Assembly (NCBI GenBank): GCA_045626925.1
Contig: JAZUQZ010000029.1
Location: 94,479 to 158,478, forward strand
Direction: 5' to 3'
Source: Candidatus Aphodoplasma sp.
GTDB taxonomy: Bacteria; Bacillota; Clostridia; UBA1381; UMGS1253
Length of the DNA: 64,000 nucleotides
Below, one piece after another: positions 46,942 to 56,903 of this stretch (its first letter is position 1; the number at the start of each line of letters is the position of its first letter). The translations under genes were made by a program, and so were the position numbers. The notes beneath the pieces are model-generated. The model saw only the letters and a program-made list of their open reading frames with translations, did not search any database and was not told the DNA's origin.

Positions 46942-47700
46942 ATGAGCAAAAGAAATATTAAAGCGCAGGTAGCAATAGGTATCGTTTGTGCTATTTTGTC
47001 CTTTGTTATAACGACTCAACTTACAAGTGTGCGAAAAAATGTTGCGTATGAGTCGAATAAGGCAAAAAGAACAGAAGAGCTAATTCTTGAGCTTGGAAAA
47101 GAAAAAGAGAAAAATGCTGATTTATATTTGCAGTTATATAGCGCACAAAATGACCTTAGACAGTATCAAGAACAGGCAGAAGACAGTAGCGACTATACAA
47201 AAATTATATCTGACCAGCTTAAGAGAAGTGAGGTTTTGGCAGGTCTTACGGAGGTTGAAGGCCCGGGCATAGTGCTTACACTTTCTGATAGTTCGGCTCC
47301 GTCAATAATGGGCTCGACAACAGCTGATAATGAAGCGCTTATAATACATGATAGTGATTTGAGACTTGCTATAACGGAGCTTGCAGCGGCAGGTGCGGAG
47401 GCATATTCGATAAACGGACAACGAATAATTGCTACAACGCCGATACGATGTGTGGGTCCGGTTGTGACGGTTAATGAACAGAAAATGGCATCGCCGTTTG
47501 TGATTTCTGTTGTAGGTGACCCGAAAACACTTGAAGCGGCGGTTAATATGCGTGGCGGACTTGCGGATTTGTTTGAATCTGTTGGAATAGGTGTTAGCGT
47601 GAGCACATCAAGTCGCGTACAAATTCCGCGTTATACAGGTACGGTTAATTATAAATATGCTACACCCGTAATAAAACAAGATGGGGGTGAGCAGCAATGA
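46942..47700 (+). CDS. DUF881 domain-containing protein (YlxW/YlxX-like)
   Basis: TM helix plus coiled coil, then GPGIVLTLSD...IHDSDL...NELAAAGAEA-type DUF881 motifs. Conserved dcw position. Confidence 0.8.
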   Translation: MSKRNIKAQVAIGIVCAILSFVITTQLTSVRKNVAYESNKAKRTEELILELGKEKEKNADLYLQLYSAQNDLRQYQEQAEDSSDYTKIISDQLKRSEVLAGLTEVEGPGIVLTLSDSSAPSIMGSTTADNEALIIHDSDLRLAITELAAAGAEAYSINGQRIIATTPIRCVGPVVTVNEQKMASPFVISVVGDPKTLEAAVNMRGGLADLFESVGIGVSVSTSSRVQIPRYTGTVNYKYATPVIKQDGGEQQ

Positions 47701-48056
47701 TGGGAATAATTATTGGTGTAGTTGCAGGAATTATTATTGCTGCAGTTACAAACATTCATATACCGAGCTCATTTTCATCATATGTGGCAATTGGAATATT
47801 GGCTGCGATTGATTCCGTTTGTGGCGGAATAAGCGCATCGCTTTCAAAAAACTTTAATTTGAAAATATTTTTAACGGGCCTGTTTTTTAATTCAATTGTT
47901 GCGATTGCACTCGTATATCTCGGGAAATCACTTGGAGTTGACCTATCTTTAGCGGCGATTGTCGTATTTGGATCAAGAATTATTCAAAATTTTGCAATAA
48001 TTCGAAGATTGCTCTTGAATAAATTCGAAAAAAAGGATAAAATAGTAGATAAGTAA
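47697..48056 (+). CDS. sbp: Small basic membrane protein (DUF1290, Sbp-like)
   Basis: 119-aa hydrophobic protein. Conserved position between the DUF881 gene and ftsZ. Confidence 0.7.
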   Translation: MMGIIIGVVAGIIIAAVTNIHIPSSFSSYVAIGILAAIDSVCGGISASLSKNFNLKIFLTGLFFNSIVAIALVYLGKSLGVDLSLAAIVVFGSRIIQNFAIIRRLLLNKFEKKDKIVDK

Positions 48057-48111
48057 AGAATACATTTTGTTTAAAATGGTTTGCAAAAGAAAATGTGAGG
48101 AGGAAGCGAAG

Positions 48112-49197
48112 TTGTTTGAAATCGATATGGAAACAGGCAATGTTGCAAAAATTAAAGTAGTAGGTGTTGGCGGTGGCGGTAATAATGCCGTTAATAGAAT
48201 GATTGATGTTGGTGTAAAATGTGTTGACTTTATAGCTGTTAATACAGATGCGCAAGTACTTAAAGAGTCGAAAGCCGATACAAAATTGCAAATAGGCGAA
48301 AAGCTTACACGCGGACTTGGTGCAGGGGCAAACCCTGAAATAGGCGAAAAAGCTGCCCAGGAAAGTAAAGAGGAGATTGAATCGGTACTTAAGGGTGCTG
48401 ATATGGTATTTATTACTGCCGGAATGGGTGGCGGTACTGGAACAGGTGCAGCAGCTGTTATTGCAGGTATTGCAAAGGAGCTTGGCATACTTACTGTTGC
48501 AATTGTTACAAAGCCATTTGTATTTGAGGGAAGACCGCGTATGGTAAAGGCAGAAGCAGGTATCAGAAGTCTTCGTGAGAATGTTGATGCAATAATGACA
48601 ATACCAAACGATAATCTTTTGAAAATTATTGATAAAAATACGGGCATAGTTGAGACATTCCTTAAGGCAGACGATATCTTGCGCCAAGGTGTACAGGGTA
48701 TTTCCGATATGATTGTTGGTTCCGGTTACATAAATGCTGACTTTGCAGATGTAAAGCGTACTATGGAAAATTCTGGCATGGCTCATATGGGTGTTGGTAT
48801 TGCAAAAGGCGAGAACAAGGCTACCGAGGCTGTAAAGCTTGCTATTGAGAGTCCGCTTCTTGAGACATCAATAAACGGTGCTCGCAATGTGCTTATCAAT
48901 ATTACCGGTGGAAAAGACCTTACAATGTTTGATGCAAACCAGGTTATGCAGTATGCAAACGAGCTTGTTGATAGTGATGCTGAGATTATATTTGGTGTTG
49001 TTATTGATGAGAATCTTGATGATGAGATGCGTGTTACAGTTGTTGCTACGGGTTTTGATTCGGTTGCTCCGTCGTCAAATATTTTTAACAAGTTTAATGC
49101 CGGCGATGATGACAAAATGCCAAGTTTTAATCCGAGTGCAAATGTTGACCTTGAAAATGTTGACATTCCGACATTTCTAAAAAACAAGAATATATAA
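48112..49197 (+). CDS. ftsZ: Cell division protein FtsZ
   Basis: [17 protein letters not shown], tubulin signature [19 protein letters not shown] 7 nt before TTG 48112 (track start 48067). Confidence 0.95.
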   Translation: MFEIDMETGNVAKIKVVGVGGGGNNAVNRMIDVGVKCVDFIAVNTDAQVLKESKADTKLQIGEKLTRGLGAGANPEIGEKAAQESKEEIESVLKGADMVFITAGMGGGTGTGAAAVIAGIAKELGILTVAIVTKPFVFEGRPRMVKAEAGIRSLRENVDAIMTIPNDNLLKIIDKNTGIVETFLKADDILRQGVQGISDMIVGSGYINADFADVKRTMENSGMAHMGVGIAKGENKATEAVKLAIESPLLETSINGARNVLINITGGKDLTMFDANQVMQYANELVDSDAEIIFGVVIDENLDDEMRVTVVATGFDSVAPSSNIFNKFNAGDDDKMPSFNPSANVDLENVDIPTFLKNKNI

Positions 49198-49209
49198 GAA
49201 TTTATGATT

Positions 49210-49245
49210 AAAGCCCTGTCTGTTATGCAGACAGGGCTTTTTGTG
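49210..49245 (+). terminator. Rho-independent terminator after ftsZ
   Basis: AAGCCCTGTCTG TTAT GCAGACAGGGCTT followed by TTTGTGTGTTT. Confidence 0.85.
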
Positions 49246-49261
49246 TGTTTAAGATGTTTAA

Positions 49262-49301
49262 ATAAAAAATCGGCATATGCTCATGAAAAGCATATGCCGA
49301 T
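49262..49301 (-). terminator. Rho-independent terminator after ppdK
   Basis: Stem ATCGGCATATGC / GCATATGCCGAT, with a T-run on the minus strand (the A-run at 49263-49269). Confidence 0.8.
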
Positions 49302-49318
49302 TTGTTTTAAGTAGGAAA

Positions 49319-51949
49319 TTATGCGTTTGCTTCTTCCTTAATTTTTGCGTGAGCAGCTGCAAGTTTTGCAATCGGCACACGATAAGGTGAACATGAAACA
49401 TAATTTAGACCTGCATAGTGACAGAATTCAACACTTGACGGGTCACCGCCGTGCTCGCCACAGATACCAAGCTTGATATTTGGACGAGTTTGTCTACCTG
49501 CAGCAGCAGCCATCTTAACAAGCTTGCCAACACCATTTTGGTCAAGACGAGCAAATGGATCTGCCTCAAATACTTTCTTATCATAGTAATCACCAAGGAA
49601 TTTACCAGCGTCATCACGCGAGAAACCAAATGTCATCTGTGTAAGGTCATTTGTACCAAATGAGAAGAATTCAGCCTCTGTAGCAATTTCATCAGCAAGA
49701 AGTGCTGCACGCGGCACCTCAATCATTGTACCAACAAGATATTTCATTTCAACGCCTGCGGCTGCGATGATTTCATCAGCAGTCTTTGTGATTACATCTT
49801 TAACATATTTTAATTCCTTAAGTTCGCCAACAAGTGGAACCATAATTTCAGGAATAACACTCATGCCTTCTTTGTTTACATTTATAGCAGCCTCAATAAT
49901 AGCGCGTGTCTGCATAGCAGCAATTTCAGGATATGTTACTGCAAGACGGCAACCTCTGTGACCAAGCATCGGGTTAAACTCGTGAAGGTCAGCAACTGTG
50001 TCCTTAAGTGACTCAAATGTAAGGCCCATTTCCTTTGCAAGTGCTGCAATATCTTCATCATTTGTAGGCAAGAACTCGTGAAGCGGTGGGTCAAGAAGAC
50101 GGATTGTAACAGGAAGACCACCAAGAACCTTAAACATTGCCTCAAAGTCACCGCGTTGCATTGGAAGAAGTTTATCAAGAGCCTTTTGACGCTGCTCAAG
50201 TGTCTTTGCAACAATCATCTCACGCACTGCAGGAATTCTTTCCTCGTCGAAGAACATATGCTCTGTACGGCAAAGACCGATACCTTCTGCACCAAAGCGA
50301 ACTGCTGTTGCTGCATCCTTAGGATTATCAGCGTTTGTACGAACCATAAGCTTGCGCTCTGCATCAGCCCACTCCATAAATGTTGCAAAATCGCCTGTAA
50401 GTGAAGCTTCCTGTGTTGCGATAGCTTCTGTATAAATATTACCTGTTGAACCATCAAGTGAAATATAATCACCCTCAACAAGACGCTTGCCTGCAAGAAC
50501 GCAATACTTTTCTTCTTCATATACTGCAAGGTCACCACAACCGGCTACACAGCATGTACCCATACCACGAGCAACAACGGCAGCGTGTGATGTCATACCG
50601 CCACGAGCTGTAAGGATACCCTCTGATGCGTTCATGCCTTCAATATCTTCCGGAGAAGTCTCAAGACGAACAAGTACAACCTTTTCGCCACGCTCATTTG
50701 CAGCAACTGCATCTGCAGCGTTGAAATAAATCTTACCGCAAGCAGCACCCGGTGATGCAGGAAGAGCTGTAGCAGCAGCCTTTGCATTCTTAAGTGCAGC
50801 GGCATCAAATGTAGGATGCAAAAGTGCATCAAGCTGACGAGGCTCAACCTTTAAAAGTGCCTCTTTCTTTGTTGCAAGACCTTCGTTAACAAGGTCAACT
50901 GCAATCTTTAGAGCAGCAGAAGCTGTACGCTTACCATTACGAGTCTGAAGCATATAAAGCTTGCCATTCTCGATTGTAAACTCCATGTCCTGCATATCCT
51001 TATAGTGATTTTCAAGTTTGTTTGCTATATCTACAAACTGTGCATAAACTTCAGGCATGTCCTGCTCAAGCTTAGTAATCGGGTTTGGTGTTCTGATGCC
51101 GGCAACAACATCTTCGCCCTGTGCGTTCATCAAATACTCACCGTAAAGTGCCTTCTCACCTGTGGAAGGATTACGAGTGAAGGCAACACCTGTACCGGAT
51201 TTTTCACCTGTGTTACCGAATACCATAGCTTGTACATTAACAGCTGTACCCCAATCGTAAGGGATATCATTCATTCTTCTGTATACGATAGCACGCGGGT
51301 TGTCCCAGCTTCTGAATACGGCCTCAACAGACTCGATAAGCTGTGTCTGTGGGTCCTGTGGGAAGTCTGTGCCTTTTTCTTGTTTATAAAGAACCTTATA
51401 CTTTGCAATAAGCTCCTTTAAATCATCTGCTGTAAGCTCTGTATCAAGCTTTACACCACGAGCCTCTTTCATTTCGTCAATGATTTTTTCAAATTTTGGT
51501 TTCTCGATGCCCATAACAACATCGCTAAACATCTGGATAAATCTTCTATAACTGTCATATGCGAAACGCGGATTGCCGGTAAGGGCTGCAAGACCTTCAA
51601 CAACCTCGTCTGTAAGACCAAGGTTAAGAATTGTGTCCATCATACCCGGCATTGATGCGCGCGCACCCGAACGAACTGATACAAGGAAAGGATTTTTAGG
51701 GTCGCCAAACTTTTTGCCTGCAACTTGCTCGGCAATGGCAAGCTTCTCCTTTATCTCGGCAATAATGTCGTCGGCGATTTTCCTCCCATCATCGTAATAT
51801 CTTGTGCAGGCTTCTGTTGTAACTGTAAAGCCCTGCGGTACAGGGAATCCCAACTTTGTCATTTCAGCAAGGTTTGCGCCTTTGCCGCCCAAGAGATTTC
51901 TCATTGAAGCGTCGCCCTCGCTGAACAGATAAACATATTTTTTGCTCAT
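49319..51949 (-). CDS. ppdK: Pyruvate, phosphate dikinase
   Basis: 876 aa. ATP-grasp N-domain, phosphohistidine motif GGMTSHAAVVARG, and a PEP-utilising C-domain (GICGEHGGDP). Confidence 0.95.
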   Translation of the reverse strand: MSKKYVYLFSEGDASMRNLLGGKGANLAEMTKLGFPVPQGFTVTTEACTRYYDDGRKIADDIIAEIKEKLAIAEQVAGKKFGDPKNPFLVSVRSGARASMPGMMDTILNLGLTDEVVEGLAALTGNPRFAYDSYRRFIQMFSDVVMGIEKPKFEKIIDEMKEARGVKLDTELTADDLKELIAKYKVLYKQEKGTDFPQDPQTQLIESVEAVFRSWDNPRAIVYRRMNDIPYDWGTAVNVQAMVFGNTGEKSGTGVAFTRNPSTGEKALYGEYLMNAQGEDVVAGIRTPNPITKLEQDMPEVYAQFVDIANKLENHYKDMQDMEFTIENGKLYMLQTRNGKRTASAALKIAVDLVNEGLATKKEALLKVEPRQLDALLHPTFDAAALKNAKAAATALPASPGAACGKIYFNAADAVAANERGEKVVLVRLETSPEDIEGMNASEGILTARGGMTSHAAVVARGMGTCCVAGCGDLAVYEEEKYCVLAGKRLVEGDYISLDGSTGNIYTEAIATQEASLTGDFATFMEWADAERKLMVRTNADNPKDAATAVRFGAEGIGLCRTEHMFFDEERIPAVREMIVAKTLEQRQKALDKLLPMQRGDFEAMFKVLGGLPVTIRLLDPPLHEFLPTNDEDIAALAKEMGLTFESLKDTVADLHEFNPMLGHRGCRLAVTYPEIAAMQTRAIIEAAINVNKEGMSVIPEIMVPLVGELKELKYVKDVITKTADEIIAAAGVEMKYLVGTMIEVPRAALLADEIATEAEFFSFGTNDLTQMTFGFSRDDAGKFLGDYYDKKVFEADPFARLDQNGVGKLVKMAAAAGRQTRPNIKLGICGEHGGDPSSVEFCHYAGLNYVSCSPYRVPIAKLAAAHAKIKEEANA

Positions 51950-52258
51950 CCTTTTTCCTCCTCCAAAATATAATAAAAATTTAGGTAGACACCTTTTACC
52001 GAACTATTATATAACATTTTTATATAAAAATCAAGAGCAAAAAATAAATATATTACATTTGAACATATTATTGTACAAAAAATAAAAAAATTTATATATT
52101 TACGAAAATAAAAGCGTGTGACAGGCAAAACATATCTTTACTTTTTGCGATATTTGTGATATGATTATGTATTGGAAAATGTATGTATATACATAATAAA
52201 TAGACGATTAAACATATCAGTACGCTATATGTATATATGGAAGGAAGTGCTACATAAA

Positions 52259-53452
52259 ATGGATGGTCAGGACAAAGTTTTTACACCTGCGGTTGCATCA
52301 ATGCAGGCGAGCGCAATAAGAGAAATATTTAAGCTTATTGCAAAGGATGATATAATCTCTTTTGCGGCGGGCATTCCCGCACCGGAGCTTTTCCCGGCAA
52401 AAGAGTGGGCAAAGATTACAAGTGATGTTTTGCAAAAAGAACCAACACCTGCACTTGTGTATGGTGTTACAGAGGGTTATGCACCGCTTAGAGAGCTTTC
52501 AAAGCAGCGTGCAAAGGAGCTCGGCGTTTATGATGACAGTATAGATGAGCTTATTATCACATCGGGAGCACAACAGGCTATTGACCTTACTGCGAAGGTG
52601 CTTTTGGAGGTTGGTGATGGTGTTATAGTTGAAAAACCGAGCTTTATCGGTTCATTAAATTCTTTTCGTTCATACGGGGCAAAGCTTTATGATGTAGATG
52701 TTGAGGAAGACGGACTAAATATAAGTCAGGTTGAGGAGCATCTTAAAAACAATAAAATAAAGTTTATATACACAATACCAACATTTCAGAACCCATCGGG
52801 CGTTACTATGAGCATTGAAAAAAGAAGAACTCTTTTAGAACTTGCAAAAAAATATAATGTATTTATTTTGGAAGACAATCCATATGGTGAATTGCGTTTT
52901 AAAGGTGAGGCCGTTGATACAATAAAATCGATGGATGATGATGGAAGAGTTATTTATGCAGGCACATATTCAAAGACGCTTGCACCGGGAATACGCGTCG
53001 GTTTTGTATCTGCTCGAAAGGACATTGTTGACAGAATAGTTGTTGTAAAGCAGGTTAATGATGTGCATACACCGGTACTGAACCAGATGATGGTATATGA
53101 ATACATAAAAAATTATGACTTTGATGAACACATTCGCGTGTGTTCGAAGCAATATGGCGAAAAATGCGAGCTTATGATAAGCGAGATGGAAAAGCATTTC
53201 CCAAAGGAGTGCACATTTACCCGTCCTGATGGCGGAATATTTATTTTGTGTACTATGCCGGAAAATGTTGATACAAAGAAAATGCTTAATGATGCTATTG
53301 AAAACAAGGTTGCCTATGTGCCGGGCAATACATTTATGACCGATATTGATGCACCTTCAAATATATTTAGGCTAAACTTTTCTGTTACGACGAAGGAGTC
53401 TATCAAAGAAGGAATAAAAATCCTTGGCGATGTACTTAAAAAGTATGTATAA
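52259..53452 (+). CDS. PLP-dependent aminotransferase (class I/II, 2-aminoadipate/aromatic aminotransferase-like)
   Basis: 397 aa with FQNPSG, EDNPYGELRF, and the PLP-lysine context YAGTYSKTLAPGIRVGF. ATG 52259 is inside track ORF 52172. Confidence 0.8.
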   Translation: MDGQDKVFTPAVASMQASAIREIFKLIAKDDIISFAAGIPAPELFPAKEWAKITSDVLQKEPTPALVYGVTEGYAPLRELSKQRAKELGVYDDSIDELIITSGAQQAIDLTAKVLLEVGDGVIVEKPSFIGSLNSFRSYGAKLYDVDVEEDGLNISQVEEHLKNNKIKFIYTIPTFQNPSGVTMSIEKRRTLLELAKKYNVFILEDNPYGELRFKGEAVDTIKSMDDDGRVIYAGTYSKTLAPGIRVGFVSARKDIVDRIVVVKQVNDVHTPVLNQMMVYEYIKNYDFDEHIRVCSKQYGEKCELMISEMEKHFPKECTFTRPDGGIFILCTMPENVDTKKMLNDAIENKVAYVPGNTFMTDIDAPSNIFRLNFSVTTKESIKEGIKILGDVLKKYV

Positions 53453-53476
53453 TAAAACAATTTGGAGCTGATATAA

Positions 53477-54487
53477 ATGGAGCAAACACTTCAACAAAAA
53501 AAGAGAATCCTTTCGGGTATAAAGCCAAGCGGAGAGCTTACCCTTGGGTCATATCTTGGCGCTATCAAAAATTGGGTAGAGCTGTCAAAGGATTATGATT
53601 GTTATTTTATGATGGCAGATATGCACGCTATCACCGTGCGTCAAGACCCGGCCCAGCTTCGCCGTCGCACACTTATGCAGCTTGCACAGTATATTGCGTG
53701 TGGACTTGACCCAAAGGAAAATACGATATTTATTCAAAGCCATGTAAGTGCTCATGCAGAGCTTTCATGGGTTCTTAATTGTTATACGATGTTTGGCGAG
53801 TTGTCACGAATGACACAATTTAAGGACAAATCGGCAAAAAACGCAACAAATATAAATGCCGGCCTTTTTACATACCCTGTTCTTATGGCGTCTGACATTC
53901 TTGTATACCAGGCAGACCTTGTGCCTGTGGGTGAGGACCAAAAGCAACATGTAGAGCTTACGCGCGACATAGCTGAGCGTTTTAATGGTATCTATGGCGA
54001 TACATTTACTGTGCCGGAGCCGTTCATTCCAAAAACCGGTGCGCGTATAATGAGCCTTCAGGAGCCGACTAATAAGATGAGCAAATCGGAGCAGGATAAC
54101 GGCGGTTGTGTATGTTTGTTAGATAAGCCGGAGGTTATAATGAAAGCATTCAGGCGTGCCGTTACGGACAGTGACAAGGCTGTGCGTTTTGACACTGTAA
54201 ACAAGCCCGGAATATCAAACCTTATGCAGATATATTCTGTTGTTACAAACAAAAGCTTTGAGCAGATAGAAAACGAGTTTGATGGTCTTGGGTATGGCGA
54301 TTTTAAAACAAGAGTGGGTGAGGCAGTTGTTGAGCTTTTGCGTCCGGTAAGGGAAGAGGCCGAAAAGCTTATTGCTGATAAGGAATATCTGATGAGCGTA
54401 TATAATGAGGGCGCAGAGCGTGCGGCATATATTGCAAACAAAACTGTGCGCAAGGTTTATAAAAGGGTTGGTTTTGTAGCAAAATAA
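53477..54487 (+). CDS. trpS: Tryptophan--tRNA ligase
   Basis: 336 aa. ILSGIKPSGELTLGSYLG (HIGH region), KMSKS, and typical class Ic length. Confidence 0.93.
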   Translation: MEQTLQQKKRILSGIKPSGELTLGSYLGAIKNWVELSKDYDCYFMMADMHAITVRQDPAQLRRRTLMQLAQYIACGLDPKENTIFIQSHVSAHAELSWVLNCYTMFGELSRMTQFKDKSAKNATNINAGLFTYPVLMASDILVYQADLVPVGEDQKQHVELTRDIAERFNGIYGDTFTVPEPFIPKTGARIMSLQEPTNKMSKSEQDNGGCVCLLDKPEVIMKAFRRAVTDSDKAVRFDTVNKPGISNLMQIYSVVTNKSFEQIENEFDGLGYGDFKTRVGEAVVELLRPVREEAEKLIADKEYLMSVYNEGAERAAYIANKTVRKVYKRVGFVAK

Positions 54488-54524
54488 GAGATGTGTTTTA
54501 AAAAGAAAAATGGAGTGACGATAC

Positions 54525-55706
54525 ATGAACAATAGTATAGTTATATATATTTTGCTTGCGATGGCGTTTTTTGTAGCATTTGGTTTTACGGTAATTTCTA
54601 TGCCGCTTGCACGACGAGTAGCAAAGAAAATCGGTGCAATTGATAGGCCGGATGCCGAACGCAGAATGCATACATCTCCTACGCCGCGTCTTGGCGGACT
54701 TGCGCTGTTTTTTGGCTTTTTAGTAAGCGTTTTATGCTTTTGCGACATAACAAGAGGACTCATTGGTTTGTTGTGTGGTGCGGTGGTCATAGTAATGATT
54801 GGTATTTTTGACGACAGCCGCGGCCTTGGAGCAAAATTTAAACTTTGCATGCAAATTATTGCAGCGCTCATAGTGATATATGTGGGCGATATTAAAATAG
54901 ATATCTTTACAAATCCAAATGTTTTTTCGCCTGAAAAATTTTTGGTGCTAAATAACTGGGTTTCGGTACCTGTGACAGTGCTTTGGATTGTTGCAATAAC
55001 AAATGCGGTTAATCTTATCGACGGACTTGACGGGCTTGCAGCGGGTATATCGTCTATTGCAGCGGTGTCGCTTGTGTTTATCGGAATTATGGTGGACAAG
55101 CCGGAGATTGCACTTTTGGCGATAATTATTGCCGGTGCGTGCTTTGGTTTTTTACCGTCAAACTTTCGCAAAAAGAGAAAAATGTTTCTTGGTGATACAG
55201 GGGCGACTTTCCTTGGATATACACTTGCTGTTTTATCAATACAGGGCGGCTTTAAAAGCTATGCAGTAATTTCATTTGCAGTGCCTGTTCTGATTTTCGG
55301 TTTGCCGATATTTGATACCTTGTTTGCTATGCTGCGCAGAATTCTTACAGGAAAGGGCGTAATGACGGCCGATAGGGGACATATTCATCATCGCCTTGTT
55401 GATATGGGGTTTTCAAAAAAGCAGGCAGTATTTATTTTATATGCAATGAGTGGTGTGCTTGGACTTACGGCGGTAGTACTTGCTGAAAGTGGGGCGCTAC
55501 GCGCGTTACTTCTTTTAATAGCTGCGCTTTTGGTTGTATTTGTTGGAAGCGTTATTACAGATGGAAAAGCAAAGCGTCATAAAGATGATGAAACAACACA
55601 AAGTGATGATACAATGCAGGTTGTGCTTGATAAAATCGAGCATCCTCAAGATGTAGATATAACAATGCAGATAGGCGAAGATACAACAGAGGACGAAAAC
55701 TTATAA
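54525..55706 (+). CDS. tagO: Undecaprenyl-phosphate N-acetylglucosaminyl 1-phosphate transferase (GT4 MraY/WecA/TagO family)
   Basis: Polytopic membrane protein with NAVNLIDGLDGLAAG, LGDTGATFLG and HIHHRL. Confidence 0.85.
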   Translation: MNNSIVIYILLAMAFFVAFGFTVISMPLARRVAKKIGAIDRPDAERRMHTSPTPRLGGLALFFGFLVSVLCFCDITRGLIGLLCGAVVIVMIGIFDDSRGLGAKFKLCMQIIAALIVIYVGDIKIDIFTNPNVFSPEKFLVLNNWVSVPVTVLWIVAITNAVNLIDGLDGLAAGISSIAAVSLVFIGIMVDKPEIALLAIIIAGACFGFLPSNFRKKRKMFLGDTGATFLGYTLAVLSIQGGFKSYAVISFAVPVLIFGLPIFDTLFAMLRRILTGKGVMTADRGHIHHRLVDMGFSKKQAVFILYAMSGVLGLTAVVLAESGALRALLLLIAALLVVFVGSVITDGKAKRHKDDETTQSDDTMQVVLDKIEHPQDVDITMQIGEDTTEDENL

Positions 55707-55727
55707 TCACTAAGGGGGATAATTGAT

Positions 55728-56879
55728 ATGGAGAAAAAAATTAAAGCTATGACAGTATTTGGTACAAGGCCCGAAGCTATAAAAATGGCGCCACTTGCAC
55801 TCGCACTTGAGGCTTGTCCGCATATTGATGCAAAAGTGTGTGTTACTGCCCAACATAGACAGATGCTTGACCAAGTGCTTGAAATGTTTGATATAACGCC
55901 CGATTATGACCTTGATATTATGAAAGACCGTCAATCGCTTGTGGGTATTACAACGAGAGTGCTTACAGGTCTTGATGAAGTTATAAAAGAAGAAAAACCG
56001 GATGTTGTGCTTGTACACGGTGACACATCGACTACATTTGCCGGCGCACTTGCTGCATTTTATAACCAGACAAAGATAGGTCATGTCGAGGCAGGACTTC
56101 GTACATATGATAAATATTCACCATTTCCGGAGGAGATGAATCGTTGTCTTACTGGTGTTATGGCAGATTTTCATTTTTCGCCTACAATCGCTAATAAAAA
56201 TAATCTTCTTAAAGAAAATATAGATGAAAGCAAGATTTATATTACAGGAAATACTGTAATTGATGCGTTAAAGAGCACGGTTAAAGATGATTATATATTT
56301 ACAGACAAAACTCTTCAAAATCTTGATTTTGAAAATAAAAGGGTTATCCTTGTGACTGCCCACAGACGCGAAAATCTTGGCGAGCCACTTCGTAATATAT
56401 GCAACGCACTTCGAAGAATTGTTACTACATATGAAGAGGTGCAGCTTGTATATCCTATGCACCTTAACCCTGCTGTACGCGAGGTTGCAAACGAAATTCT
56501 TGGCGGCCTTGACAGAGTGTCACTTATTGAGCCGGTCGGCGTAGACGATTTACACAATGCTATGGCACGCTGTTTTATGGTAATGACCGATTCGGGTGGA
56601 CTACAGGAGGAAGCACCATCTCTTGCAAAGCCTGTTATAGTACTAAGAAATGAAACAGAGCGTCCGGAGGCAGTTGAAGCGGGAACGGTAAAGGTTGCCG
56701 GCATTGAAGAAGAAGATATATTCAATATGGCAAAAGAGCTTATAGAGAATGAAGACGCATATAATAAGATGGCTCATGCGGCAAATCCATATGGCGATGG
56801 TAATGCGTCGCAAAGAATTGTAGATGCTTTATTATATGAGTTTGGAATAATTGATGAGAGAATTGCAGATTTTAAATAA
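55728..56879 (+). CDS. mnaA: UDP-N-acetylglucosamine 2-epimerase (non-hydrolysing)
   Basis: VFGTRPEAIKMAPL, HGDTSTTFAGALAAF, HVEAGLRT, TDSGGLQEEAPSL. Confidence 0.93.
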   Translation: MEKKIKAMTVFGTRPEAIKMAPLALALEACPHIDAKVCVTAQHRQMLDQVLEMFDITPDYDLDIMKDRQSLVGITTRVLTGLDEVIKEEKPDVVLVHGDTSTTFAGALAAFYNQTKIGHVEAGLRTYDKYSPFPEEMNRCLTGVMADFHFSPTIANKNNLLKENIDESKIYITGNTVIDALKSTVKDDYIFTDKTLQNLDFENKRVILVTAHRRENLGEPLRNICNALRRIVTTYEEVQLVYPMHLNPAVREVANEILGGLDRVSLIEPVGVDDLHNAMARCFMVMTDSGGLQEEAPSLAKPVIVLRNETERPEAVEAGTVKVAGIEEEDIFNMAKELIENEDAYNKMAHAANPYGDGNASQRIVDALLYEFGIIDERIADFK

Positions 56880-56903
56880 AATTTTTTAAAGGATAGAGTA
56901 AGC

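Noticed and set aside
47973-48786. Two long minus-strand ORFs (224 and 268 aa) opposite sbp and ftsZ
   Set aside because: These are shadow frames of ftsZ, whose GGGTGTG signature is unambiguous on the plus strand. They have no start context.
54215-55171. 318-aa minus-strand ORF opposite trpS and tagO
   Set aside because: It spans two plus-strand genes with clear motifs and has an antisense low-complexity sequence.
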